From Yuukianura sp. NJ FZ-2021 (Eukaryota), in the NCBI GenBank assembly GCA_046563655.1, contig CM102286.1, forward strand, positions 13,144,001 through 13,208,000: 64,000 nucleotides of DNA, in the 5' to 3' direction. Positions 11,681 through 25,500 of this stretch are shown here, piece by piece. Position 1 is the stretch's first letter. Every line of letters starts with the position of its first letter. The position numbers were made by a program, and so were the translations under genes. The notes below the pieces were generated by a model. The model was not told where the DNA came from. It ran no database searches and worked only from the letters and a program-made list of their open reading frames with translations.

Positions 11681-12331
11681 TTTTTCACTTCTGATTGTCA
11701 ACAAGAAAATACACAAGACGAGTTTACGAGAAAGAGGAAGATCAAGAATAGACGACTGTACGACTTCATCACTGGTCACCGGCAAAGAGAAAGCTATAAA
11801 AAGATTGATCGAATTGGCATAAAAGTCAAGACAGGCTAGTGGCTAGTACAGGTAATCTATTCAAATCGTCATACCATAAAACTGAATCAGTATGTTAATA
11901 AAACACTCTGAAACAGATACTCCGTCAAGCTCGTAAAGAAAACGTGGGACGGATAACAGACAAGGAAGGGGACACTTCTCTACAAGGAGGTGGGATTTGT
12001 CCTGGGTAATTCATGTTCGTATACTTGAAGATTAGTCAGTCGGTACTATCGGTAGAAATGGATACCATTGCTAGAAAAGTTTGACTTCATGCTTTATTGC
12101 TGGTCTTTGCGGCGGCGATGGGATTAGTGTCTTGACGCATGAGCGGATAAGCGAATTCTGAAAGCCATTGCAGTTAAACACTTCGATTTCAAAAGTTTGT
12201 GTTGATTTGAACTGTTGTTTTTAATTTTCAGTGGAATTTGAAGCAGCTTGGGGAAGTATTTGTGATACTGAAACCAGTTGGGATACAACTTGGCTTGACG
12301 AATTTTCAACAATTGAATCGTACATGAAACT

Positions 12332-14547
12332 ATGACATCAAGATCCCAAGCAAATACTACTGCTCGCATGGTAAGTCTTACCATACGCATCATTAATGCT
12401 TTCTATGTTTTGTTGACCTTCGTCCCTTGATTTTGTTTTGTCTGCCATGTTTTGTTTTCGTCTACATTTTTTGTTTCCAAATGTTCATGTTCATTTTCGT
12501 TCTATCGTCCTTTCTGTTTCCATGTCGACGTTTTGTTACCCGCTTTGACTGTTTGTTTATGTCGACATTTTTTGCCGTTTAAGTAAGCGCTGAATTCAGT
12601 TCATTTTAGAATCAGAGTCACTGGCACAAAGTTTAACGTTTCACTGTCACAAACTCCTCCCTTTCCAGAATTGTGTTGAAGGTGATTCAAATCAAAATAC
12701 TGAAATGGCTGACCATCAGGTTCTTGCCGATCCTGCTAAGGGCATCGTACGTCGTACTCGTACTGCTCTGGGAGACATTGGAAACCGATTGACTCAGAAG
12801 GAGGGAGCTGCTAATACCAACTTAATGGAAAAGCGTGGACCACTCATTGGTAAGCTTGCGTCGGGTCTTGGTCGGCAGCCGACTGGTACGAAAGTAGCCA
12901 GAACAAATTCTATGCAAGTGAACGCTGGACGTAATGCCGTGGAAAGAGGAAAGCTAGTGGCCAGGTAAAATTGCAGCTTAACTGATTTGATACTAAACTA
13001 CATTAAAACTACATTAAACTAAACTAAAAAGTACTCTAATTGTCTCCTTTTTACTTTTGTAGAAGTCACTCAACACTTGTGAAAGAAAAAGCCCCGGCGA
13101 TTGCCGAGGAACCTACGGCGGTCAAAGTTCAAGCAGGTTACATTCAGTCGAAGGTTGAAGTGGCAACTGTTATTTCTACTCGTCAAGTTGTGTCTTCAGT
13201 TCCGGCTTCTGGAGAAAACAAAACTGAAGAAGCCAAAGTTGCCATAAAGCAGGAACCTGACGTGGCTCAGATCGAAGACTTGACTCATGCTTTCTCGCGC
13301 CAGCGATTTGACGAACCGGATATCAAGGACATTGATGCTGCGGATACGGGCGAGTTCATGTTGAAGGAATACGTGAAAGATATTGATCAGTATATGCACA
13401 CTTTGGAGGTAAATCATGTGCTCATTCTACCATTTTAAAAGTTGCACTTGTTGACTCGCTTGTTATTTATTATATTGCAGAAGGCTTATCCAATCAAAGA
13501 GGATTTCCTCAAGGATCGTTCTGTCAACAGTAAAATGCGTGCTGTCCTTTTGGACTGGATGGTGGACGTTCATAATCAATTCGGACTTTGCCAAGAAACG
13601 CTATACCTTGCTGGCAAAATACTGGATCGTTACCTTCAGGTAACACTGAATTTATAGCAGTGAATAACCAATCACAGATCTTGAATAATTTGTTTGCTTA
13701 TGTTTCAGTTGGACAAGAGCATCTCCAGAACTCAGCTGCAACTGGCCGGGGTTACAGCACTTTTCATTGCTGTGAAGTTTGAGGAAGTGTGCGTACCAAC
13801 AATAGTTGACTTTTCAGCTGTTAGCGACAACGCTTTTACGCCTTCTGATGTTCGAAACATGGAAGGAAAGATTCTGAAGGCGCTGGACTTTGACTTGGCA
13901 TCTCCACTTCCAATAACGTTTCTCAGACGGTGCTCAAAGGCCCTGCAGGTTAGGAGCTGAGTATTTTGTATACTTCCAACATATTCTGCTTGCTCACACC
14001 AACGAGTATTTACTTTTGATTTTTTGTTTCAGATCAACATCAATTCTTATGTTCTGTCCAAGTTGATCGTGGAACTGTCAATTTTGGATTATAATCTCTG
14101 TCACATTTACCCGTCCATGCTAGCTGCTGCTGCCCTTGCTCTTGCTTATATGTGAGTTCTAATAAGTTAAACTGAAGTTTTGGAAAATGTGGGTGTGACT
14201 TTATGTTTTTGCAGGGTTTTGAATGGAGAGGCGATTCAATCTGTTTGGACTGAATCTGTAGTTCATTACAGCCGTTATACGCTGGAACAATTGAAGCCAG
14301 TTATTCGAGCTCTCGTTACTACTCTCAGCCGACCATACGAAGAGAAAGATCAGTGTAGATTTCACGTAAGTCTTGTTAGTGTTATATGGCTTTGCTAAGT
14401 ATGATTTTCATTTTATACTTGTCCCGGTTTTAGGCTTCTCTCAACAAGTTTGCCAGAAGTAAGTTGATGCGCATCAGCAAGCTACCGGAGTTACGGTCTC
14501 TCACCTGGAAGGCCCGTGTCTTGGCTGAAGTTGCCAAAATCCAATGA
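12332..14547 (+). CDS. CycB: G2/mitotic cyclin B (B1/B2 type); exons 12332-12370, 12669-12964, 13063-13408, 13481-13639, 13709-13948, 14033-14151, 14215-14365, 14434-14547
   Basis: Canonical destruction box RTALGDIGN (12759-12785) and an export-signal-like DLTHAFS. Cyclin box MRAVLLDWMVDV..QETLYL..LDRYLQ..LQLAGVTALFIAVKFEE, followed by PLPITFLRR. The short first coding exon (MTSRSQANTTARM|GTAAGT) is in frame with exon 2 but is less certain than the rest; ATG 12705 is an alternative start. Confidence 0.92.
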
Positions 14548-15599
14548 TCTGTCAATACCTTTTCAATCTAAAATCTTGCTCACCAAATGTTTATCCACAA
14601 AAGTTCACCGTGTCTACTTGAAACATCTCTCAAATTATGTATCCGAAGTGCAAAACAGAGTTCTCCGCCAACCAGTTCAAACTCTACAAGGTATTTCCAC
14701 ACTAAAGTTTAAATATTAGATTACATCTAATGAGTTGTGAGTAATTCCGTAACATATTACATTAAATTCCTCAACGTGATTTAAAAATCTTGGTAAGGTC
14801 TTTCACCCAAACTAAATTCCAATTTATATTTAAATTCATGCAGGATTAACATGATTTTCCAAGCACAAACTAAAATGTGTCACACTATCTAACAGGTTGT
14901 GTCCGTAAAATATGTCGTCGTGTTTTAAATACAAGATAACCGTACTCTGCTTTTATAATTTTCTGATTACTTGCCTATTTTGCTAATTTTAATGCTTGAG
15001 ATTTTTTTTGTACTAACTTAATTCCATACTTTTGTATTTGTGCCCATCGATCCCTTCTCGAAATCATTCAGACTGTCCCTTTTTGTACATGTATAATTTC
15101 CGTAGTTCAAAGTCTGACTCCAACTGTAATTTAGGAATAATTAAAATGTAATAAATGCGAATGCAAGATTGAATATAAACCTATTTTTAGATCCAACATA
15201 CAAATTAATTGAACAAATCAGACAGATATGTCAACACATTACACTATACTGCTAGCAGTTCAATAAATTTGAAATAAAAACAAATGTACAGGAGGTCATT
15301 GGCACTATTTTTTTTATTAAGTTTTTTCGAATTTTAATTTATTCCAATTTTGGTTACGGCGAAGCCCCAGTGAGCATGCGCTGCATTCTTGTTTACTTAA
15401 AATTCCGATGGCAGAAGTTCCGCGAATTTCAAATCCAGAATCCTCTAGAACGGACAACGGAGGAAAAAACCGAATTTGCGTTGACCTTCCCGAATTCGGA
15501 GTAGTGTCGGACCGCCCAGAAGGCGTACTTGTGACCACTTAGCTTATCAAGTGATACCTAACAACAATAAGAGCGTAGCAGCGATTGCGTAGTACTTGC

Positions 15600-16500
15600 G
15601 GAGGTGTCAAATTCAACACCCTCCAACCCTCTCTCTTCCCCGCACGCCATCCCCCATTGGGAGCTGCTGGAGGTCATCGTCATCTTCATCATAAGGTAAG
15701 ATTAACAACTTAACTAGAGTGATATCATACTTAATTAATGTTAATCTTAACTAATCTAGTTGATCAACGTTTGAATAGGCTGGACCACAGTAACTTTCTC
15801 CCCTCCTTCCATCCGAAAGGGATCTTCCCATTGAATCCGGAGTGTTTTGTCAAGAGCCAGGCAGGGAGAGATCCAATTCATCCCTGCAATAAGAGAACAA
15901 CACAAAGTCACAAGAACGTGTTCGTGCCCTCTCATTCAGAAAACAGAAGGCAGTGTAGAAGGAACAATAGCCATACTCTGCAGTAAGCTACAGGTCAGGT
16001 GGATATCGGATCGTACACACCGAGGTCAAGTGGGACAGGTCATACGGTATCATCAGCAACGAAGGTGGCACTATTCCTCGGACATTTCATCTCTTCCGGA
16101 TCTTCTTTGTCTCACATCAATGGTCACCTATTGAGTGAAGGAACTTCTACCCCGTGGAAGCTAAATTGACATTATTGACACATCAAACGATCATCATCTG
16201 GTGACGACAGTGTCACAGTTTCGGCATACTACGTCGATAGTACCCACATTTTCCAGTTTTCTCGCCAGTCGACTTCAAAACGTTTTCAAAATTCGGGTGA
16301 AAAATCGAGAACCGGTTCCCTGCTACCCGGAGAAGATGGAACCCCATGAAAGTGACTTGGAAGGCTCCTTGGTAAGTAATCAAATCTTTTGTTACTTCTT
16401 AGTTTAGATTAACAATTAAGTTAACTAAAGTTGAGTCATGGTAGACCTAATTAGGAAGAATCATGGGGTGAATTATGATTCATGGATTTATATCCGTGTC
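15600..16500 (+). other. Candidate spliced non-coding or decayed transcript
   Basis: Two 83-nt AT-rich GT-AG intron-like segments (15696-15778 and 16372-16454) flank a GC-richer 593-nt block. That block has no continuous ORF and no recognisable protein. Confidence 0.25.
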
Positions 16501-19500
16501 AGTAATTAAGTGTTAAAAAAGTGACACATTTGACAAGAGGAAAGTGATTCGAGTTTGTATACGCCAAATGACACGTTTTTCGTATAAATTGATATAAACA
16601 ATTCATCGTAATTCTACAAGATGATCTCATCTTTTTCATCTTTCGTCGGCAGATGCCAAAGCATTACATGCTTATAACGATCACTTCTTCCATACAAAGT
16701 CTGGCTTTTATCGACGTCGTTTTTGGTATAAAATTGCGTAGGCCGATTTTTGGTAGTGGTACCTAAAAAATTTCAGAACCAAGAAGGTTTTTACAGTTGA
16801 TCATCACGGAATTAAGATTGAATGAGTCAACTTTCTTCACCTCTTTGTTCACTTCTTTCGTTTTCGTGTGGCCTTTTCTTATATAAAATAACTTTGGCAA
16901 ACAAAAGAAACAAAAAATGATTCTGGTACTTTCGTTATAACTTTTTTATAATAGAAAAAATTAACATCTTGTCGTCAATTTCATCGTCACTGTCGACAGC
17001 CCGCCATATATTTATGCTTATGATTCAACCTTTGATTACCGGAGGGCATTTTGTCAATTAACTTAATACATTTTGGACTATTATAAAAGTTGTTAATGGA
17101 TAAGATCATTCAAGTGCTGAGGAAGATGACAGGTCATAAGACTTTAGTAAGAAAAATACCTGTATGATGCGCTTCATTTCTTCTAGATATCAAAACGCGT
17201 CGATTTTCATAATTTTTTGTTTGATTTGAAATTCAACAGAAACTTAACATTTTAACGTACAGAAACAGTAAGGTAGCGACTGTTATAAAAGATATGGTGT
17301 GTCATTGTTCTTTTGTAATAGTCGTGAAAAATGGGTAAAATAATTTCTACCGTGGTATAAACCTATAAAAGTTCAAATTAACGACTGAATTAATCGGTAC
17401 ATGAAGCTGTTAATCTTCCAAGACGCGTGCTAACACACAACATTCCCTGTATACAGAGGTTCTTGCCCTCTCTCACGCGCTGCATTTTCCTTTGACTGGA
17501 ATAGGCTTTGTAAAAGTAATTAATACCTTTGCTATGTAAAATTAAGTCATACATAAACTTAAATCTGATTAACTTAGTAATTTAAAATTAATTACTACTT
17601 GGAATTAGTCCGATGACCTCAGAGCATGAGCCACAGTAGAAGCATTTGTAGCTGGCTGTGAGCAATCGGCGTGATAACAATTTCGTTACTACAATGGAAA
17701 AGTCCAGCCCTTAACAGCATTGTAGGTCATTGTTGGACTTATTCCAAGGGGTTTTTGTATTAAAACTTAAGTTTATTAATACACTCGATTGCAATTGGTA
17801 GAGTGTAGAGTGACAATGACTTGGGGATTATAAAGGGACTTGGATAGAAACGTTACTGTTTGCTTTTTGTGAGTACTTGCTCACAAAAAGGGCCCCCAAG
17901 CTATCAAATTCTAACTTCAAAATTTTATTTATAGAGTTATTGAGACCTTCATTGTCACATTTCAAAATTTCCAACTAAAAGCTTTACCCTAAAAGTCAAG
18001 AATTTTCCCCAAAGTTAACAAACCGTTCAAAATTTTCGGTAATTTTTAGCTCAATTTGCGTTTTTTCTGTGAAATGTTTATATCAATTGGTGGATTTTAT
18101 CACGGGATTTACCAAATCTTAAGGGCGCTTGCTATTGGTGGGCACTTAAGCGGAAGATATCGGAGATCAGTTAGGTTGATGTTTTTCAATTTATTGAAAA
18201 ATGAAGGTCATTGGACGGATTTGACCTCGGAAGAAATGAATCTTTTTCGGCAGAATTTCTTTTTTGAAAAAAGAAAAGAATAGAAATGAAGAAATGATTA
18301 TCGGAGATGGTAAAGTAATGGTGCGCTGAAGGGCTGGATTTCTCTGAGGTCGGGATGATTGATACCATCCTTGTTTACGGCTTGAGAGAAGGACTTAAGT
18401 CCAACTTCTATTCGGCAGAACAGGGCCCTTTTTTCGTATTTATTAAATTCTTTGAAAAATATAACATTAAGTACCCCCTCTTTCTTAAACTGAAAATCCT
18501 TAGTATTGAGGGAGGCCTTCCAAGACACCTTTCTCAAAAAATTAACAGAAAGGAATTGGGAATATGAAGGAACGATTTCCTGGAATAAGGCCCTTAAGGA
18601 CACCATAGTTTCTACTATAGCTTTGAACACTTCCATTAATTTGGTTTTTGAGTGTTCCACTTTTCATACTAGACTAAAAGCATACAATGAATAAGTTCAA
18701 AAACCGTTTTGTCAAAAAATATTTTATTCTATTCTGACCTGTCTCAAGGACCGAAAGACGCTAGGAAGCCGAATGACACGCCATTTTCTATTTGTTCAAT
18801 TTTACCAGAAAATTGTGTGGTAAATTTCAAAATTTGATTTCTTTGAAGGAGTTTTTGAAAATCATAAAGCTGTGTAGGGATTGTTTGCCGAATTTCGAAA
18901 TCAATTGGCTGTTTTTCAATTTCTCCACACCTTGTGCACCTTTGAGTCTCTCAATTTCGAATTTCTGCATCCTGTTTGTATACTTTTTTTTTGTTTCTTC
19001 ATCCTGCTGATTCCTAAACTATTGTTGTGATGATGAGGTTGTTGTTGAGTGTAGTACTAGAATTGCCTAGGATTAAAGAATGTTTTATGATTATCATAAA
19101 ATCTTACTTTAGTTCCACATTTGCAGATGCAGAAAAATTACGAGTTTGTTTTGATCGAAAACGGCGTTGAAGTTGTGCCATTTCCATTTTCCACTTTGCA
19201 AAAAAGGGACCGGGACCACCCTAGTTTAGAATCTGTTGTTTCGTTTTGGTGTAGTAGCATGCAGTGTAAATTTCAAGGAAAAACAGTTTTGAAAAAAAAT
19301 TGATATTGAGTTATGAACATTACAAAATCATGTTTTATAGTTTGATATAAAAACAACATAAAATTTTATAACAGTTCAACGACTTTTCTGCTGACAGGTT
19401 TCTGTTTTGACTGGGTTTTTGGGTTCAACGTCATCTTTGTTGTTGCAAATTGCAAAATTTGTGATGTAAAAGTAATAAAGTACTTTTGTGCTATAAATCT

Positions 19501-22500
19501 ATACATATTGCTTTGCTAACAAAATTCAAATTAAATGTTGCCAATGATTTTGAATATTAGAAAATTTTATCATAGGAGGTACAAAAGTAGCGAAAGTGTA
19601 AATTTCAATTTCGCGTTCTTAAACTATGTTTAAACATTGCGGTTATGATATGCGTATGGAATATATAAGTCAAATTGGCTATGAAGATTGTATGATTTGA
19701 TGCTGTAGAGATGATCCGCTGGGTGTCTCAATTTATGCCGCTATCTGTTTGTATGGGAAGATCTGGAAAAAGTGTTGATTATCAACACCCTGCTAATTTA
19801 TCCGTCATCCATCCCAAAGACTCTCTAAATTGTACAAATTGTAATACGTTTTTATACCACATCAAGAAGCGTTAATTTCCTTTTATCAGTTCAGAGGTTA
19901 CTGCGTGTTCTCATAATTTAAAATGTGTTTGACGCTTTGACGTTTGTTGTTGATTCCGCATTTGAAATGAATCCACCCTTGGAAGTGGTCGTAAGCTCTT
20001 AAATTTCTACATTAGAGAATCAAATTTTATGCAATTGAACAATCCTCAATCATAATTGAAAATATAAGCATCCCTGTGCCATGCTAATGTAATAGATAAA
20101 TAGAACAGGAAACAGAAGATGTGATTCCTCCTATTACATTTCATAGCATTTGAAATTTAGTATCTCTGCTTTTACATTTTACAATGGATTCTGAATTTAT
20201 CTGATATGATAGTGTTTTTGTGTTCTCATTTTCAATTCTGGATTTTCAATTTCCAAAATGAAACTAAATCGCTGATGAAATTTGTAGAATTAGAATCCGT
20301 TTACTGTATTATGCGCGCAAAACAGAACTTAAAAGTGAACACTTTTATAAAAACGAGAAAAAAGTTGTTGCTGTTTGTTGTTGCTTTTTTTCTGGAATTT
20401 TTTTTGACTACGTAGGAAAGTATACGAACGCCTCCTAACTTCATTTCATCATTACCAAGGGGTGGATAATGTATAAGAATTTTGGAAAAAGTATAGATTT
20501 TAAAAAAGTTTGAACATAACTGACAATTTGGACTTGGCACCCTGCTGGTTTCTAAAATTTTTCCAAAATGCTTTTTACGAAACTCCAAAGTCCAATCTTT
20601 TTAACCTTTGTGCTTGTCCCTTTTTTTCTCTTTTGTTAAGGATTAATTGTTTAAAAGTCAAGATAAGTATTAAGGCCAAGGGCCCACCTTCTTCGGCGTC
20701 AAGATTCCAAGGGCCCCTTAATTCCATTTATTCCGCTCACTTCAATTTATGGTGAATTTGACTGTCCGAGGTCACAAGGTCAGCTTTTGAAAAGAATGAG
20801 CCTATTACGCATGATTACACAGACTAAAGTGAAAACATGTTTTTTAAAAAAATGAAAGAATATCGGCTTTTTTCATGTTTCGCCTGATATTTTTGGATTC
20901 TATCATTTTTTGAACGTTTTGCCGGATATTTTTGAATTTAAAGTTGAAATTGGGATTTTGGAGAAGAAATTTTGATTTGGAAGGTGGTTAGTAGTTACAA
21001 AGAAGCTGCTAACGATGATGATGCTTAGCTTAGCGTTTTCGGATGTTTTGTAAAAGTTGGGTGGAGGGCGGTAGAGGGTGGATCTGAAGGTGGAAGATTG
21101 GCAGGGTGGTTTTTCTTTCTTCCTTGATAGAGTGAAAACCTTCCCCTGCCAGCCCCTCCCCTGTTTTCTTCAAAATTTTGATAATGTAGGTCAGGGTAGA
21201 ATTAAAAGAACATTTTTAATTTGTTGTCAAGGCCTCCTCACACTTTCCTTGTATGTCTTCAAGTCCTCTTCTACCAGTTAAGGGCCCCCTCTTTCCTTTG
21301 GAGGTTGAAGGACCTAGGCATTATTAGTGGAGTGACATCAGTTTTCTGAAAAAGTAGAAAGAACACGGACCATGATCATTACTTCCATTTGTCGACGAAA
21401 GTCCCCGTTAGAAAATGTATTTGGGCGGTTGAATTTTGATTTTGCCCCCGATTCAACCAAAACCAAGGGCTCTAGGACTAAGGGCTTGTTGACCCAAGGG
21501 CCCCTCTTGCTAAGGTGGGGGCGGCAGAGGGATGATGGAGACCCTTGAAATTTGAAAACTTGGAATTGACGAAATCCAAATGATAAGTTCTGAATGGAGG
21601 TCCCTTGGTCCATGTAAATACAACAATGACAAAGGTCACTGGTGCGAAGGAATGAGAAAAACAACTTCATGGAATTATTTGGACTTGTTTTATTTCTAAT
21701 GGAGGTCAAATTTATAACTTTTTTGAAGCGGGAAAGATGATTTTAAAATTAAGTTCAAATCTGGAAGAGACATCAACTGTAATAAAAATGGAGGAAGAAT
21801 GTTAGGGTGGAGGGAATCCAAAATCCAAGTGAAACAGGCCCTTAAATATAGAGTTTATGTTAGGTTGGCCTAATGTGAAGATCATTATTGGTTAAGTACC
21901 ATAGGGACATTTGTTATAGTTGGACTTTATCTGGTCCTTCAATCATATTTTATATTTAAACTTCCCTCGTCTTGTGACCACGAAGTGTTTGAGGGTCATC
22001 AAAAGCAGGATGAAGTGTTTTCTTGCTCCGGATGACCCCTTAAGTCCCCTTGTCAAAATTTAAAACTTGATTTTTTCAGCTTAACGATTGGAATAAGTTT
22101 GGTCAGAACAAGAACAATGGGAAGGGTGAAGATCATGTTTGTTTTGATTTCTTTCAAATCAGATCAAAATCACGCTTTTTTGTTTATAAGACCATGACCT
22201 GACCTGCAATGATTTTAGGTTGAGGTCAAGGGGTACTTCATAAATGTAATATTTTTGATTCCCTCAAATTTGATTCTTTTGTGTCGCTTTTGATTACAAA
22301 GCACAGAAAATAACTTCCAGTTCATTGCCTTTTTGTAATGAAAAGTAATTGCACTCGACCGAACTGCCCCTTAAGGGCTCCTCTCCAGGCTCCACCCGTC
22401 GTGCGCTTGACACGAAGTGCTTCCTGGTAGGTCAAAGTGGCTACAATTGTTGCTTTTCCAGTTCTTGATTTTCTGATTTTCAGAATGAGTTTTTATGTTT

Positions 22501-25500
22501 TTCTGACAAAAAAGAGAGAAAATTAGAATTTTTGACAGAAAAAAGAGAAAAGGAAAATTTTGATTTGTCAAAATTTAATTTAATGTAGAGGAAAATAATA
22601 TCAGAAAAATCGGAATGACATAAGGAGGACAGTGGGATGAAAAATTTGTTTTCTTTCGAAAATGTGTTTTTCTTGTTGAAGATCTTGAAGTTTCTTTTTT
22701 CTTGGGGTAAAATTTTGAGGATTCGAAGAAAAAAAAACGCTTTTCTATTTATTATTGAAGAAGATTGAAACTGGGCTTTTGGGGGCTCTTGTAGAAATTT
22801 TTGGTAGAAAAGTTTCATCTAGCATCTGGTGATGAAGCTACTAAGTGAGCAGGACTGTTGTTAGGATATTTGAGATGAAGAACCATATGCTTCCTTGAAA
22901 CAAGAACAAGCTTTTTCATAGATTTCCAAAACCAAAAGCACAAATTTATGTAGTGGTAGTAGAATGTTATTCCGGTTCCCTCAATTTTAAGGGTTTTAGA
23001 TTAACTTTTTAGGTTTTTCGGTTGGTTTACATTTTTCGATTTCCAATTTCTTCGAAATCGTAAAAAAACAGGAGTTTTTTGATCCGTTTACTTTTCTATG
23101 GGAAAAAAGTTTTTTTTACTTCGGTTTTTAGTCGATTAAAATTCTCGAAGAATTTCTAGGTAGGAAAAAAATCTCTGTTTTGAAGCGGAACAAAGTTCAA
23201 AGAAAAGTGAAAAATTATTCATAAATCCCTTGGCTTCAATTTTTTTTTCTGGAGCACGAGGTAGCATCTGCAGTTCCGATTTTGATAATAAACAAAATTG
23301 TGAAATAAGGCAGAACACCACACGAAAACGAACGACAACCAGCCACTGGCAGTTGGATTTTTACTAAAATACGGAAATGAAAGGGGAGAATTTTTTGATA
23401 TGTAAAGGGCTTTTTGATTTTTTTGAAAAAACGGAATATTTTCACCTGGTTTAGGAAGGAGGAAGTTTTTCGGTCTTTTTGGGTGGATTTGAGCCTTAAA
23501 ACTTTAGTTTTTAACCTCCTAAATCTCACCTGCTTATGTTATGTTGTGAAGCATAACGTTTAGTATATGGTTAGGTTGCTGACGGGGTTTCAAAGAAGTA
23601 GGCAAGCGTGTTGTAAGGAGCACAAGAATAATATGTTTCTCCTTTTCAGCATGAGCCAAGAGATCCTTTAAAAGTGGAGTGACTACTCTATTATATTCTC
23701 TTTTTTCTGATTTTTGAAAAAAGGCTTTTTTGAAAAGATTTTTTGACAGATTCTTTGATATGATTTTGCGTATTTTTGAAGTGAAAGCTTACGTAATCCT
23801 TGGCGGGAGGGCTTGCTGACAGTGAGGAACGGGAGATGGGTTAAACTTTTTATTTTATATCAAAGAAAAAGTCGAAAATTGTTAGGCGTGAACGAAATGA
23901 AGAGGGGAAAGATCCGATTTTTTGAAAAAGTTTTTTGTTCAAAACCCTGATTTTTTTTTATTAAAAAAAGTGTGCTTGAAAAAGAGGAGTCGCCGGTGCC
24001 ACAGTATTTTTATTTTGAAAAAGTAGAATGGGTTGTATTATTAGCATTGACGAAGAGGTTTTGGAGAGTGTATTGAAAGGGAACCAACCCCTAAATGGGG
24101 TGAATATTTGATTGCGTACTTTTTTGAATACATTTTTTTTATATCAATGGATGGCGGTAGCCAGTATTTTTTTTATTGTGAAAAAAGTACAATAAACTGT
24201 GAATAGATTTTGGATCAAAGAAAATATTTCCATGAGGTAGTTTTTCATTTTTGTGGAAAAAGAGGAAGAATTAGTTTTGGATTCAGAATTTCCCCTCCAT
24301 ATAAAAAAAAGTTCCCTGTAGAGATACATTTATGGGTAGACTTTTTATGCACAAGTTTTTTATAATTTTTCTTTTTTGGAAAAAAAGTTTAACCTATGCA
24401 CCGCATGACAAAATCTTTGATTAGCCATGACAGCATCAATTTTTTCTTTTCCAAATTTTTTTTTTCGGGAGCTTTTACGTTTTACCCAAAAAGCTGATTT
24501 TTCCATTATCCCTTTTCCCGAATTTTAGAAATCAGAATTAACGGTTACTTTGAAGAGATTTTTTTAAGCTAAAAAAAGTTTTTACCCCGTACATAAATGC
24601 ATATGCATTTTGTCTGATCCTGACAACAAGACAGATGTATCGATGAAAAAAAGCCCGGGAAATTTTGGTTTATTTGTAAATCCTGCACACTTTTAGGTAA
24701 AGGGCTACATTTTCATAATTGTTGTACTTTTTTGGTCGTCCATGCTAATTGTATAGAGTTTTTAGGCAAAAACTTTTCTTTTTGACCAATTTCCCCCTTC
24801 ATGGAATATAAATTTTCCATGTATTTTCATTGGCTATGGACTTCGAAACTTCCATTATTGAAAAGAGCGGGTTAGCGGGTGATTTGAATTGGGCAGAGGC
24901 CATTTTGTCAAAATTTTCAATAGGTTGAGGCAAAAAGCATATTGAATTGTGTGGGATTTTTGAAATTTTGGCTCCCAAGGGTAGACGTTGACAATGTTTG
25001 AACAAGAAAATGATGGAAAAGGATTTAATGGATTTTGGTGTCGAAATTGAAAAAAAAGTGGCACACTAACTGTAAGTTTAATTTTGTTTTTCAAAATTGC
25101 AGCCTTAATTTGAGAAAATTTGAGACTAAATTACTCTTAAAATTAACTTTTAGCTAAAATTAACTTCTTTTTTTTTCAAAATTTCATTTCAGATTGTTTT
25201 TCGAAGTAAATTTTGGGCTATGAGTCAATGATCATTAGCCCTTATATTGAATGTTGTTGAATTTGAGCCAAACCATGGGGGTAGATGTATAGCAGAAAGC
25301 GTTTAATATTAAAACATTGACTTAAGCTGGAAGGCATATACAGTAGGAAGAAGTGATTAGAAGGAGGTTAATGTAGTTTTAATGGCTATTGAAAAATTCC
25401 AAAAATACGCAGAGGATGAACGTAAGGAGAAAAGGAAAGTGGGAATATTTGAACGATATGATTTTGAAAATCTAAGAGCCCCGGATGATGGTAATTGTTC

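Noticed and set aside
12400..12580. T-rich degenerate repeats (GTCGAC/TTTTGTT) in a cyclin B intron
   Set aside because: Too degenerate to define a unit or termini; likely low-complexity sequence or an old relic.
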